Source: Desulfatiglandales bacterium (GTDB taxonomy: Bacteria; Desulfobacterota; DSM-4660; Desulfatiglandales; Desulfatiglandaceae). From it: 64,000 nucleotides of DNA. Below the pieces are notes generated by a model. That model saw nothing but the letters and a program-made list of their open reading frames with translations, was not told the DNA's origin and ran no database searches. Positions 1-10,237 of this stretch are shown here, piece after piece (position 1 is the stretch's first letter; every line of letters begins with the position of its first letter). Where the stretch lies: NCBI GenBank assembly GCA_963666345.1, contig OY762721.1, forward strand, positions 2,336,001 to 2,400,000, given 5' to 3'. The translations under genes and the position numbers were made by a program.

Positions 1-13
1 AAAGGGGTTGAAA

Positions 14-412
14 ATGGATATAAATAATATTAGAAGGTTGTGCGGGGCAGGGTTCCAGGCTTCCCCTAAGTTGAATGGGGATAAGGGGTTCAGGGAAATT
101 TTCGACCGGAAGACCGCCGAAGTAAATTCAACGGAAACCCTTACCGCTGAAAGAGACAAGGCAGATGCCTTGGAACATGGAAACAGGATTCTTAATCTCT
201 TGGATGATTATGCGAGGGTTCTGGGTGATCCTGAAAAGACGCTGAAACATATTGAGCCCTTGATTGAAAATATAAAAAATGAGGCAGACCTTATTGAAAA
301 CATAACTGCCGGGAAAATTCAAAATGACAGTGAGCTTAAGCGTTTTATTGAGGACGTAGCCATAACCGCGAATGTGGCCGCATTCAAGTTTAATCGTGGG
401 GACTATGTCTAG
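14..412 (+). CDS. Hypothetical helical protein upstream of the flagellar regulators
   Basis: ORF 8..412. ATG at 14 follows AAAGGGG. No recognisable motif. Confidence 0.65.
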   Translation: MDINNIRRLCGAGFQASPKLNGDKGFREIFDRKTAEVNSTETLTAERDKADALEHGNRILNLLDDYARVLGDPEKTLKHIEPLIENIKNEADLIENITAGKIQNDSELKRFIEDVAITANVAAFKFNRGDYV

Positions 413-471
413 ATCAGCGCAAATATCGTTCGCCTTGAACTTGAAAATATCTGAGGAAAAGAGATAGGCTT

Positions 472-1848
472 ATGGCAAGAATTTTGGTCATAGACGATGA
501 TCCTGTCATATTAAAGGTGATCTCCGACATATTGAAGACTTCAGACCATGAAGTAGCAACCGCCCCTGATGGAAAGGCCGGAATAAGGGAGTTAGAGAGT
601 GATCATTATGATCTTGCCATTACAGACCTTATGATGCCGGAGGCGGGGGGGATGGATGTGCTTGACGTCGTGTTGACCAATAGTCCTAAAACCACGTGCA
701 TTATTATGACCGGCTACGGAACAATAAAAAGTTCGGTTGAGGCGATTAAAAAGGGCGCCTTTGACTATATTACTAAGCCGGTAACGGCTTCCGAGCTTTT
801 AGTGGTTGTTGAAAAGGCCCTCAAGTTCAGAAGCCTTGAAGAAGAAAATACCAGACTTAAGAAGGAGTTGCGAAGGAAATACAGATACGACAATATCATC
901 GGGACAAGTGATGCAATAAAGAAGATATATGAACTTATAGAAAAGGTCGCTGATACTGATGGCACAATTCTTATCTCCGGGCCTACCGGGACCGGCAAGG
1001 AGTTGATATCAAAAGCGATTCACTATAATAGCGGCAGGGATGACAAACCGCTGGTCGTTATTAATTGCGGGGCTATTCCCGAGGAATTGCTTGAAAGCGA
1101 ATTGTTCGGACACGAAAAGGGGGCATTCACAGGGGCGCATAAGACCCGGATCGGCCGATTTGAAATGGCGAACGGCGGGACCGTCTTTTTAGATGAAATA
1201 GGGGAAATGAGCCCGGCGCTGCAGGTGAAGCTTCTGCGGGTACTGCAGGAAAGAAGGTTCGAAAGGGTAGGGGGGACCAGGAGTGTTCATGTGGACGTCA
1301 GGATTATTGCCGCTACCAACAGAAATTTGACGACCGCCATAAACAACGGAACCTTCCGTGAAGACCTCTATTATAGATTGAATGTCATACCGATAAAGCT
1401 TCCCTCGTTAGCACGGCGAAAGTCTGATATCCCTTTGCTTGCCGATTTTTTTCTGAAAAAACGCCAGCACGGAAAGAAAGAAAAGATCAAAGAATTCTCA
1501 CCGGCCGCGATGGATGCCCTTATGAAGTATGATTGGCCCGGCAATGTCAGAGAGCTTGAAAATGTTATAACCAGAATAACAATCCTTTGTGATAATCAGA
1601 CTGTAGGTTTTTATGATCTACCCGAATATCTCCAGGAAGGCAGCGTGCTAAATCAACACGGTCAAGAAGAGCTACTTGGAAAAGGAAGGACTCTTTCGGA
1701 GGCCGTAAGGGATTTCGAAAAGAGGCTTATACTTGAAGCCTTGGAAAAAAGCGATGGCGTTAAAGCAAAGGCTGCAAAACTGCTGAACATCAAAAGAACG
1801 ACCCTGGTGGAGAAGATCAAAAAACAGAAGGCTGCAGAAGCAGGCTAG
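472..1848 (+). CDS. Sigma54-dependent response regulator (NtrC family, REC-AAA+-Fis HTH), probable flagellar activator
   Basis: REC with IDDD and phospho-Asp (ITDLMMP), Walker [50 protein letters not shown]. Confidence 0.93.
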   Translation: MARILVIDDDPVILKVISDILKTSDHEVATAPDGKAGIRELESDHYDLAITDLMMPEAGGMDVLDVVLTNSPKTTCIIMTGYGTIKSSVEAIKKGAFDYITKPVTASELLVVVEKALKFRSLEEENTRLKKELRRKYRYDNIIGTSDAIKKIYELIEKVADTDGTILISGPTGTGKELISKAIHYNSGRDDKPLVVINCGAIPEELLESELFGHEKGAFTGAHKTRIGRFEMANGGTVFLDEIGEMSPALQVKLLRVLQERRFERVGGTRSVHVDVRIIAATNRNLTTAINNGTFREDLYYRLNVIPIKLPSLARRKSDIPLLADFFLKKRQHGKKEKIKEFSPAAMDALMKYDWPGNVRELENVITRITILCDNQTVGFYDLPEYLQEGSVLNQHGQEELLGKGRTLSEAVRDFEKRLILEALEKSDGVKAKAAKLLNIKRTTLVEKIKKQKAAEAG

Positions 1849-1878
1849 GCCCTGCCATATCAGAACCAGATGTTTGTC

Positions 1879-1892
1879 GTCAAAATAGTGAC
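1879..1892. promoter_or_regulatory. Palindromic candidate enhancer site GTCA-N6-TGAC
   Basis: CGTCAAAATAGTGACG about 260 bp upstream of the sigma54 promoter at 2148; the same pattern recurs at 7447. Confidence 0.45.
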
Positions 1893-2147
1893 GCATTGTA
1901 CCGGCTCCCTCCCGCAATAACCGTCAAGATCGGCCCCTCACTCATATCTCTTCCTTTAATGATTGATCCCCGGTATCAAACCGTTCATTTATGTTTTTAC
2001 CAGTCTAATAATTTGTCAGGGCCTTACTCCTTAAACCCTATTGCGGGAGATGGGATTGATCAAATTAAATCATGAATAAGGCCTCCTTCCAATTACTTCC
2101 AGGGCTTCAAAGTTCCAGTCACGCAATACTCATAACTTATGTGAAAT

Positions 2148-2163
2148 TGGCATAGTACTTGCT
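2148..2163 (+). promoter_or_regulatory. Sigma54 promoter (-24/-12)
   Basis: TGGCATAGTACTTGCT, GG-N10-GC. Confidence 0.8.
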
Positions 2164-2175
2164 GTTAAGTTCAGC

Positions 2176-4722
2176 ATGAAATGTAATACCTTGAACAGAA
2201 TTACATCAGCCCTGCTTTTTATCTATATTTTACTGGCAGCTCCAGAGTATCTGAAGGCAGCTCCTGCGCCTGGATCGAATTCCCAAAACTGCCGGATTAA
2301 CCGGACGATATCAGTCAGTGTAGCGGAGGAAAAAAACGGGACGCGAGTCAAAGTTGCGGGTAATGGAAAAACCTATGAATACGTTACAAAAACTCTTGTC
2401 TCTCCTCCCAGGGTCCTGGTTGATATCTTTATGGTTTCGACACCCTTTAAGACCAAGACCGTTATCCCGTCAAAAAGCCGGAATATCTCCAGTATAAGGC
2501 TCGGATATCATCTCAAAAGCATCCGGGTCGTATTGGATGCAAAAGGAGAGAAAATACCCCCTTTTACGGTCAGTTCCGGGCGTAAAGGGGTTAGCATTTT
2601 TATCAAATCCCGCACAGAGGTTTCTCCGGAAGGCAGACTAGCTGAGCGAGGCGGGCAGGGGACGCAGACAGCGCCTCAGACTGAACGGGATGAGGATGGA
2701 GGAAAGGCAACCGCAGGCATAAAACAGAAGCCGGATCCTGAAACGACACTTACCCGATTAGAGGTAAATGACTGGCAGGATGATACGTCTGTTTTTTTGG
2801 AAGGCCTTAGTGCGTTTAAGGCTCAAGACTTCGCAGTGGCAATCGAAAGGCTTAATCATCTCATCAAGACATACCCGACCGGCAGATACATGGAGAGGGC
2901 CTATTTCATTCTGGCGAAATCTTATGGACAGACGTATTCAGATTCTATTCCGGCGCATTTCAGGGAAATTACAGATCATTACGAGGAGGCCATCAGAAGT
3001 TTCCCAGAGTCGGCATATGTTCCGGGCGCCATCGCTGCTATTGGAGATCTATGTTTCAGAATGAAATACCATGCAGAGGCACTGGGGTATTACAACCTTG
3101 TTCTCAAAAAATATAAGGATTCGCCGGTTGCACTGAATGCCATGATGCAGAAGGCAAAGATCTTTCATCTTAAAGGGCGAAAAAAGGAGGCTCTGTCGGT
3201 TTTAGAACTCCTGGTTTCCATAGATACGGACATGCACAGAAAAACAGAAGCAGAAATAGAGATTTCCAAGGTTCTTCATGAACTGAATTCCTTTCGTAGA
3301 TCCCTTGACAGGCTTTTTCAACTCAGGGAGAGGAATCCTCAATATATTTATCAGTACCCTGAGATCTCTTTGTACATCGGCTATAACTATCAGCAGTTGG
3401 GGGATTTTGTCAGGGCCAGAAAAAATCTGTTCCGGGTTTATAACAGCTGTCCGGACAGGAAAACAAACCATCTGATATTAACGAAGATCGGAGATACTTA
3501 TAAAGATGAAGGCTTAATCGATGATGCCGTTAAGATATATCGGCTTGTCCGAAAGCGTTATCCGGACACCGAGGGGGCGCGTATAAGTGCAATAAGGCTT
3601 GCAGAGCAGCAACAAGAAGGAAGGGGCGGCATGGTTGCGGTATCCGGTAAAGGCATAGGGAGAGATATCGGTAAGTCCAGGGAAATTTATGAAGATATAA
3701 TAAGCAATTCTCCTGACAAAGATGTGAAAGACCCGTTGAGGCAGCTTGCCCTCCTCAAGCTTGCTGTTTTACATCAGAAGGGGAAAAATTTTGACAAATG
3801 CGTCAATGCATTAAAAAAATTGTTCAAGGAATATCCTCAGACATCATTAGAAAAAGAGGCAAGATATACCCTGCAAAAGGCGGTTGAGTCGTTCTTTACG
3901 GAGGAGATGAAGGCGGAGAGATACATTAGCATAATAAATATCTACGAACGTGAAAAAAGGCTGTTTTCGATAGTTGATTCTCCCGAGCCCTTTTTGGCTG
4001 TTGCAAGGGCATGCTTAAATCTGAATCTTGAGGACATGGCCACCGAGATGTTTGTCAAGGCTGATCCTCTTTTGCAGGAAAAGGAAAAACCTCCGGATCT
4101 TCTTTTCTATTTGAGCAGGAATTTATCTGAAAATGAAAGGCCGGCACCAGCCTTGGTAACCCTTGATCTTTTGATAAACAATTACCCCTCTGACAAATAC
4201 GCGGGATACGCATACAGGTTGAAGGGAGACATCCTTTTGAGTCAGAACAGATATGCCCAGGCGGCTGAGATGTTTTCTTCCGCCCTGGACTATCCTCTAA
4301 CACGATGTGAAAGATCCAGGCTTTTGGTTGACAAAGCCGGCGCGCTGGCGAGGTGCGGCTTTAGTGAGGAGGCGTTTGCGGCAATAAGGGGGGCTGATAG
4401 TATGAAAGGGGCCTGTAACGCATGCTTTGATTACATCTATCAAGAGATAGGGGACCTCTATCTGAAACTGGGTTATCCCGAAGACGCTGCAGTTGTCTTT
4501 AATCAGGCAGCCGAGATCGTAAAAGAAAAGCCCGGGGAAATCGCTATCAAGTTCAAGCTTGCTCAATGCTACCGGCTTTTGAACAGAAGGGATGATTCCA
4601 TTGCACTTTATGCTCAGATATCGAGTTTCAACGACCCTTTCTGGAGTAATCTTGCCAAAGAGAGGATCGAAGAGATCAATTTTAACGGTGAGGTCGCAAA
4701 GCGGGCCAACTGGTCCTTTTAA
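2176..4722 (+). CDS. Exported AMIN-like + tetratricopeptide-repeat protein (candidate motor scaffold)
   Basis: N-terminal signal-like segment. AMIN-like motifs PPRVLVDI and IRLG..SIRVVLD. Many TPR helices with YP turns. Embedded in the flagellar cluster. Confidence 0.8.
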   Translation: MKCNTLNRITSALLFIYILLAAPEYLKAAPAPGSNSQNCRINRTISVSVAEEKNGTRVKVAGNGKTYEYVTKTLVSPPRVLVDIFMVSTPFKTKTVIPSKSRNISSIRLGYHLKSIRVVLDAKGEKIPPFTVSSGRKGVSIFIKSRTEVSPEGRLAERGGQGTQTAPQTERDEDGGKATAGIKQKPDPETTLTRLEVNDWQDDTSVFLEGLSAFKAQDFAVAIERLNHLIKTYPTGRYMERAYFILAKSYGQTYSDSIPAHFREITDHYEEAIRSFPESAYVPGAIAAIGDLCFRMKYHAEALGYYNLVLKKYKDSPVALNAMMQKAKIFHLKGRKKEALSVLELLVSIDTDMHRKTEAEIEISKVLHELNSFRRSLDRLFQLRERNPQYIYQYPEISLYIGYNYQQLGDFVRARKNLFRVYNSCPDRKTNHLILTKIGDTYKDEGLIDDAVKIYRLVRKRYPDTEGARISAIRLAEQQQEGRGGMVAVSGKGIGRDIGKSREIYEDIISNSPDKDVKDPLRQLALLKLAVLHQKGKNFDKCVNALKKLFKEYPQTSLEKEARYTLQKAVESFFTEEMKAERYISIINIYEREKRLFSIVDSPEPFLAVARACLNLNLEDMATEMFVKADPLLQEKEKPPDLLFYLSRNLSENERPAPALVTLDLLINNYPSDKYAGYAYRLKGDILLSQNRYAQAAEMFSSALDYPLTRCERSRLLVDKAGALARCGFSEEAFAAIRGADSMKGACNACFDYIYQEIGDLYLKLGYPEDAAVVFNQAAEIVKEKPGEIAIKFKLAQCYRLLNRRDDSIALYAQISSFNDPFWSNLAKERIEEINFNGEVAKRANWSF

Positions 4723-4786
4723 GAATTCATGAACCTAAGTGATTAGTATTTGCACAATTTCTGAGAAGAGGAAACGGTATTTGGAG

Positions 4787-6127
4787 ATGACAAGGAAAAA
4801 GGTACTGCTTGTTAATAATGATGCTAATGATCAGGAACATTTGAGTGAGCTTTTTGCCGAATTACGTCACCATGTTAAAACCGCGGTAGACGGTACGTCA
4901 GCATTCCAGGAAATAGCCCGGAATCATTTCGATCTTGTCATAACCGAGCTTGATTTACCCAGTATGGATGGCCTCGAACTATTAAGGAGCATAAAGGCGT
5001 ATAATAAATTCCTTCCCGTTATTATTACCTCAGCCGGTGCAAGAGTTCAGGAAGCCGTAAAGGCGATGAAGCTGGGTGCCAGTGATTTTCTTGTCAAGCC
5101 GTTTACATGCGAGACAATAGACCTTGTTATGTCCCAGATATCCTCTGATGTCGACAGGATGGATAGCGGCAAATCAAATGGAAAATCTGACATAATCACG
5201 GAAAACAAGGAAATGAACCGGCTCCTGCAGCAGGCAAGAGAGATAGCCGACAGCCAGGCGTCCGTTTTTATTCAGGGAGAATCGGGAACAGGTAAAGAAC
5301 TTTTTGCAAGATATATCCATCATCATAGCAATCGAAGGGATAAGCCTTTCGTAGCCATAAACTGCGCAGCACTGCCGGAAACGCTGCTTGAAAGTGAGTT
5401 GTTCGGCCATGAAAAGGGCTCCTTCACCGGCGCGTTTACAAGGAAAAAAGGCAAATTTGAGTTGGCGAATCACGGAACCCTGCTTCTCGATGAAATAAGC
5501 GAGATGGATTATCATCTTCAATCAAAACTTTTGAGGGTGTTACAGGAAGGTGAAATTGACAGGGTCGGAGGGGTGGAGCCGATTGCAGTGGATATAAGGG
5601 TTATTGCCACAACGAATAGAGATATAAAAAAACAGATTGAATGCGCAAATTTCAGAGAGGATCTCTATTACCGTTTAAATGTTGTTCCTTTCCTTTTGCC
5701 TCCCTTAAGGGAGCGCAGGGGTGATATCCCTCTTTTGGCAAATTATTTTATCGAAAAATACAACAGAATAGATAAAAGGGCTGTCAAAGGACTGACACAA
5801 GAGGCCATGACGTCGCTTCTGCAGATGCCATGGAAAGGAAACGTGAGGGAATTTGAAAATATAGTCGAAAGAGCGGTTTTGATGTGTGACGGGAATTTTA
5901 TAGGAGAGGACGCCCTTTGTGTGACCGAGAAAAACACACGAACTGAAAATGCGGGGTATCCCTATATGCCTCTGTTATCATTAAAAGAGATGGAGAAATC
6001 CAGTATCTTTCGTACTCTTGACCACACAAATCACAACAGGACGCATGCGGCAAAAATATTAGGAATAAGTGTGCGTACATTGAGGAATAAACTAAACGAA
6101 TATAGAAGTAAAATGGAGGCGCAGTAA
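4787..6127 (+). CDS. Sigma54-dependent activator with atypical receiver domain (FlbD/FleR/FlgR-like position)
   Basis: [54 protein letters not shown]. Directly upstream of flgB. ORF track starts at 4739. Confidence 0.9.
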   Translation: MTRKKVLLVNNDANDQEHLSELFAELRHHVKTAVDGTSAFQEIARNHFDLVITELDLPSMDGLELLRSIKAYNKFLPVIITSAGARVQEAVKAMKLGASDFLVKPFTCETIDLVMSQISSDVDRMDSGKSNGKSDIITENKEMNRLLQQAREIADSQASVFIQGESGTGKELFARYIHHHSNRRDKPFVAINCAALPETLLESELFGHEKGSFTGAFTRKKGKFELANHGTLLLDEISEMDYHLQSKLLRVLQEGEIDRVGGVEPIAVDIRVIATTNRDIKKQIECANFREDLYYRLNVVPFLLPPLRERRGDIPLLANYFIEKYNRIDKRAVKGLTQEAMTSLLQMPWKGNVREFENIVERAVLMCDGNFIGEDALCVTEKNTRTENAGYPYMPLLSLKEMEKSSIFRTLDHTNHNRTHAAKILGISVRTLRNKLNEYRSKMEAQ

Positions 6128-6131
6128 AAAG

Positions 6132-6147
6132 AGGTATGTATTTTGCT
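6132..6147 (+). promoter_or_regulatory. Sigma54 promoter for flgBC-fliE
   Basis: AGGTATGTATTTTGCT, GG-N10-GC. Confidence 0.65.
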
Positions 6148-6262
6148 ATATAATATTTCGAAGACAATGAGGTTAGATTTTGTCCATCCAGAATGATAAG
6201 GAATATAAATTTCATGCAAAAGGGCCATTTCCGGATGGAAACCTGATAGTGAGGAAAATATT

Positions 6263-6670
6263 ATGCCGATCAGATTGCAGTCCAACAAGACATTTCATGC
6301 CCTTGAACAGGCAATCAGTATTACCCGGAAAAGACACACTCTTATAGCCGGAAACATCAGTAACCTGGATACTCCGGGCTTCAGGCCGAAAGATATCGAT
6401 TTTAAGGCAGCCATGTCCAAGGCACTGGAAGCGGATCGTGGAACTGATCTGGTGAGGACAAATCCCGGACATATAGATCCAGGGACGAACTCAGCTCATG
6501 GGAATGAAACATTTGAGGATGAATATGAATACAATGGCGTTAACTGGGTCAATATAGATAACGAGATGAGAAAGCTGACAGAGAATAAATTGATGTACAA
6601 AACGGCGGTTGAAACCCTTTTGAGAAAAATAGCCATACTTAAACAAGTCATTAGAGAGGGGGGGAACTAA
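6263..6670 (+). CDS. flgB: Flagellar basal-body rod protein FlgB
   Basis: IAGNISNLDTPGFRPKDIDF, NWVNIDNEM. Confidence 0.95.
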   Translation: MPIRLQSNKTFHALEQAISITRKRHTLIAGNISNLDTPGFRPKDIDFKAAMSKALEADRGTDLVRTNPGHIDPGTNSAHGNETFEDEYEYNGVNWVNIDNEMRKLTENKLMYKTAVETLLRKIAILKQVIREGGN

Positions 6671-6671
6671 A

Positions 6672-7097
6672 ATGAATTTTTTGATATCTCTTGAGATAAG
6701 TTCATCCGGTCTTGCTGCCCAGAGAAAGAGGATGGACGTCATTTCCAGTAATCTCGCCAATATAGAGACTACACGCACGGCGGAAGGCGGCCCCTACAGG
6801 AGAAAGATGGTTGTTATGGGCACAAAGCAAACGGAGTTGAGCTTCGACTGCGTTTTGGATTCGGAACTTGAAGGGGTTCGGATCGAAGAGGTCGTCGAGG
6901 ATGAGAGCCCCTTAAAAAAGGTGTTTAATCCGGCTCACCCCGATTCAGATGACAAGGGATATCTGCTCAAACCGAATGTGGATCTGATTGTGGAAACCAC
7001 AAACATGCTGATTGCCAGAAGGTCCTTTGAAGCCAATATAGCGGCGATAAAGACGGCTAAAGAGATGGCACTTAAGGCGCTTGAAATAGGGAGATGA
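6672..7097 (+). CDS. flgC: Flagellar basal-body rod protein FlgC
   Basis: SGLAAQRKRMDVISSNLANIETT, PYRRK, PAHPDSD, PNVD. Confidence 0.97.
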   Translation: MNFLISLEISSSGLAAQRKRMDVISSNLANIETTRTAEGGPYRRKMVVMGTKQTELSFDCVLDSELEGVRIEEVVEDESPLKKVFNPAHPDSDDKGYLLKPNVDLIVETTNMLIARRSFEANIAAIKTAKEMALKALEIGR

Positions 7098-7390
7098 AAA
7101 TGAGTGGACTCAAAATTAGTGCCTCGCGGGAAATACCCGTAAAAATGCCTGAAAACGTCAGCCGGAAAAAAAGCTCGGAATTCGGAGGCGTTTTAAACGA
7201 AGCTATTGGAAAAATAGATAATTTAGAAAGAGAGACAGACAGGTCGGTTGTGGATCTTCTTAGAGGTAAAACAGATATCCACGAGACAATGATAGGACTT
7301 CAGAAGCTTGATATATCCGTTAGGTTACTTCTTACGATCAGGAATAAGGCTGTTGAGGCATACAAAGAAATAATGCGTATGCAATATTGA
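7094..7390 (+). CDS. fliE: Hook-basal body protein FliE
   Basis: IRNKAVEAYKEIMRMQ C-terminus; follows flgC. Confidence 0.95.
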   Translation: MKMSGLKISASREIPVKMPENVSRKKSSEFGGVLNEAIGKIDNLERETDRSVVDLLRGKTDIHETMIGLQKLDISVRLLLTIRNKAVEAYKEIMRMQY

Positions 7391-7420
7391 CGAATTTATA
7401 AAAATACCAATTGTGCGGAC

Positions 7421-7460
7421 TTGACGAGACAATTTTTTGCCGTACAGTCATCTTTTTGAC
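7421..7460 (+). promoter_or_regulatory. Possible sigma70-type promoter for fliF overlapped by two 14-bp boxes
   Basis: TTGACG-N16-TACAGT (7421-7448). Boxes GACAATTTTTTGCC (7428-7441) and GTCATCTTTTTGAC (7447-7460). Confidence 0.4.
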
Positions 7461-7643
7461 TTTTTTCGAACCCTCTAATGCTGAAGTGCTATTAAAGATG
7501 TATCATCTTTTGATGCGAAGTCTGAACAGGTGACAATTCCTGAATTTAACCGGAAAAGCAGGGGAAGACTTTTACAGTATTTTTAATGTCGGTGATAAGC
7601 TCTTGAACTCAACGATTTAGCCAACAGAAAGGTCTAATTCAGG

Positions 7644-9218
7644 ATGAATGGTTCGATTACCCAATTTCTCGATTTTATCGGCTCGCTGCCCTTTTCCAAG
7701 AAAATCAGTATAGCTTTCACGTTTATCCTTGTGATTGCGGGATTCGCATTTATGTTTTTTTTGGCAAACCAGGAAGATTATCAGGTTTTGTTTAATAACC
7801 TTTCCCCTCAGGATGGAAGTTCAATTGTTGTCAGGTTGAAAGAAAAAAATATCCCATACAAAGTTGAAGCCAGCGGCACAACAATCATGGTCCCGAAAGA
7901 AAAAGTATATGAACTGCGTCTGGTCTTAGCCGGAGATGGCCTTCCCAGTGGGGGAGGTGTGGGTTTTGAAATATTTGATAAACCGGATTTCAGAACTACA
8001 AAATTTGTTCAAGAATTAAACTACAGAAGAGCCTTGCAGGGTGAGTTATCAAGAACAATAAGTATGTTCAATGAAGTAAAAGCCTCTTCGGTATTTTTGG
8101 CGATACCAAAAGATTCGCTTTTTGTTGATGATAAAAAACCGACATCCGCCTCAATTCAGTTAGATCTGAGCTCAAGACTGCCGGCAAACCGGGTTGCAGC
8201 CATTGTTCATTTAGTTGCAAATGCAGTAGAAGGCCTTGATCCAAATCATGTTACGGTTGTGGATACCAAGGGGAGGGTTCTTTTTAAAGGGGAGGTCGAA
8301 GATGACGCGTCTTCAATCTTAAGCGGTACAAAACTTGATTATAAAAGAAATAGTGAAAATGAAATAAAAGATAATGTGCAGAGCATGCTTGAAGGTATTG
8401 TAGGCCCTGGTAAGGCTATAGTAAGAGTAAGTGCTGAAATCGATTTCAACAAAGTCACCTTAAATCAAGAAGAATATGATCCTTCTTCAACAGTGGTAAG
8501 GAGTAAAAGAAATTTTGAGGAGACAATGGGTGCTGCCGAAAATGCAACCGGAAATCCTGAGACATTAGTTAACCGGAGAAGTGGGGTCTTGCCTTCTTCA
8601 AACGCGGCTCGGAAAACAAAAACAAAGAAGGATATCGCCACAAATTATGAGGTCAATAAAACAATCAGAGAAGTGATAAAACCTGCAGGAAACATCAGTC
8701 GGCTTTCCGTTGCCGCTGTTATTGACGGAACATATAAATTGGAGAGACTTAAAGATGGGACCATGAAAAAGCTTTATTCCCCTAGAAGTGAAGACGAGAT
8801 GAAAACGTTTGAAGAAATAGTAAAGAAGGCCATGGGTTATAGTGAGGACAGGGAGGATCGGGTTTCGGTTCGCTGCATCCCATTTTCAGATTCAATGCCT
8901 GCCGATATGAACGGTACTGTTGAGAGTTCAGAATTTAATCCGATAACGCTATTGACAGAAAACAGGAAAACACTTGTAAATATTGCGCTGGTCATACTGG
9001 CTTTTTTTCTCATAGTGAGACCTTTGCTCAAGAGTGTTAGAGGCATAGCACAAAGGCCTGTTTTCAAAGGTGGTGAATTGCAATCCGGTACAAAGGGCTA
9101 TGTGGAAATCCCTGTATCGGAAGGAATAAATAAACGGGAAAGAATTCTTGAAATAAGTAACAGCAACCCCGAAAAAACCAGGGAAGTCATAAAAGGATGG
9201 ATAGGTGAAAAGGAATAA
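7644..9218 (+). CDS. fliF: MS-ring protein FliF
   Basis: Two TM segments, GVGFEIFD, YRRALQGELSRTI, NYEVNKT, ISRLSVAAVIDG. Confidence 0.97.
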   Translation: MNGSITQFLDFIGSLPFSKKISIAFTFILVIAGFAFMFFLANQEDYQVLFNNLSPQDGSSIVVRLKEKNIPYKVEASGTTIMVPKEKVYELRLVLAGDGLPSGGGVGFEIFDKPDFRTTKFVQELNYRRALQGELSRTISMFNEVKASSVFLAIPKDSLFVDDKKPTSASIQLDLSSRLPANRVAAIVHLVANAVEGLDPNHVTVVDTKGRVLFKGEVEDDASSILSGTKLDYKRNSENEIKDNVQSMLEGIVGPGKAIVRVSAEIDFNKVTLNQEEYDPSSTVVRSKRNFEETMGAAENATGNPETLVNRRSGVLPSSNAARKTKTKKDIATNYEVNKTIREVIKPAGNISRLSVAAVIDGTYKLERLKDGTMKKLYSPRSEDEMKTFEEIVKKAMGYSEDREDRVSVRCIPFSDSMPADMNGTVESSEFNPITLLTENRKTLVNIALVILAFFLIVRPLLKSVRGIAQRPVFKGGELQSGTKGYVEIPVSEGINKRERILEISNSNPEKTREVIKGWIGEKE

Positions 9219-10237
9219 TGGCTGGTAAGGAATTAAATCCGGAACGTTTGAATGGGCCCCAGAAGGCGGCCGTCTTTCTTTTGAGTATGGGGGAACATTT
9301 TTCGAACCAACTTTTTGAAGAGTTAGATGAGCAGAGCATAAAAAAAATCGGAAAATATATGTCGGAAATATCATATATCCCTTCCGATGTCTTGAATTCG
9401 GTAATGAATGAATTTGTTGTATCTTTCGAAAATTCCAATGACTTAGTAGTATCAGGAAAGGATTTTCTTGAGAAGATAGTAACCAAAACACTGGACGAAG
9501 AAACAGCAAGAGAGGTTTTTAAAATCATAGGCAAGGAAACGGGGGATGCTCCTTTCAGCGACCTGTCATATATGCCGGCACACAGCCTGAGCAAACTCAT
9601 CATGGGAGAGCATCCTCAAACTATTGCGTTAATACTTTCCTATCTTCCTGGAGGAAAGGCAGCCGAAATATTGAATATCCTTCCTGAAGAGCTTAAGTCG
9701 GATGTCGCTCTCAGGGTGGCAAATGTCGGCCAGGTTCAGGATGAATTTATAAAAGAGCTTGATCAATCAATTAAAAATAACATTTCCGCTACTAAGGTTA
9801 CAAACAGAAAATTTGACGGCATTCAGGCGTTGGCCTCTATCCTGAATGAGGTTGACGGTAAGACAGAAGAAATGGTCTTGTCATATATCGAAGATCAGAA
9901 TAGTGACCTTGCAGAGAAGATAAGACAAAAAATGTTTGTTTTTGAGGATCTTTTGGATGTTGAGGACAGAAGTTTTAGAAATATACTGCAAAATGTAGAT
10001 AATCAGCAATTAGCACAGGCCTTAAAAACATCTTCCGAGGAGCTGAAACAGAAAATATTCCGAAATTTGTCTGAAAGGGCTTCCGAAATGCTCAAGGAAG
10101 ATATCGAAGTTATGGGTCCCGTGAGATTGGCCGAGGTAGAAGTGGCTCAGCAATCTATCTTGAAAATCGCCAAGAAGCTTGAATCTGAGGGTAAAATAAT
10201 TCTTGCCGGAAAGGGGAAAGATGACATTTTTGTATAG
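9218..10237 (+). CDS. fliG: Motor switch protein FliG
   Basis: KAAVFLLSMG, EHPQTIALIL, MFVFEDL, GPVRLAEVEVAQ. Confidence 0.97.
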   Translation: MAGKELNPERLNGPQKAAVFLLSMGEHFSNQLFEELDEQSIKKIGKYMSEISYIPSDVLNSVMNEFVVSFENSNDLVVSGKDFLEKIVTKTLDEETAREVFKIIGKETGDAPFSDLSYMPAHSLSKLIMGEHPQTIALILSYLPGGKAAEILNILPEELKSDVALRVANVGQVQDEFIKELDQSIKNNISATKVTNRKFDGIQALASILNEVDGKTEEMVLSYIEDQNSDLAEKIRQKMFVFEDLLDVEDRSFRNILQNVDNQQLAQALKTSSEELKQKIFRNLSERASEMLKEDIEVMGPVRLAEVEVAQQSILKIAKKLESEGKIILAGKGKDDIFV

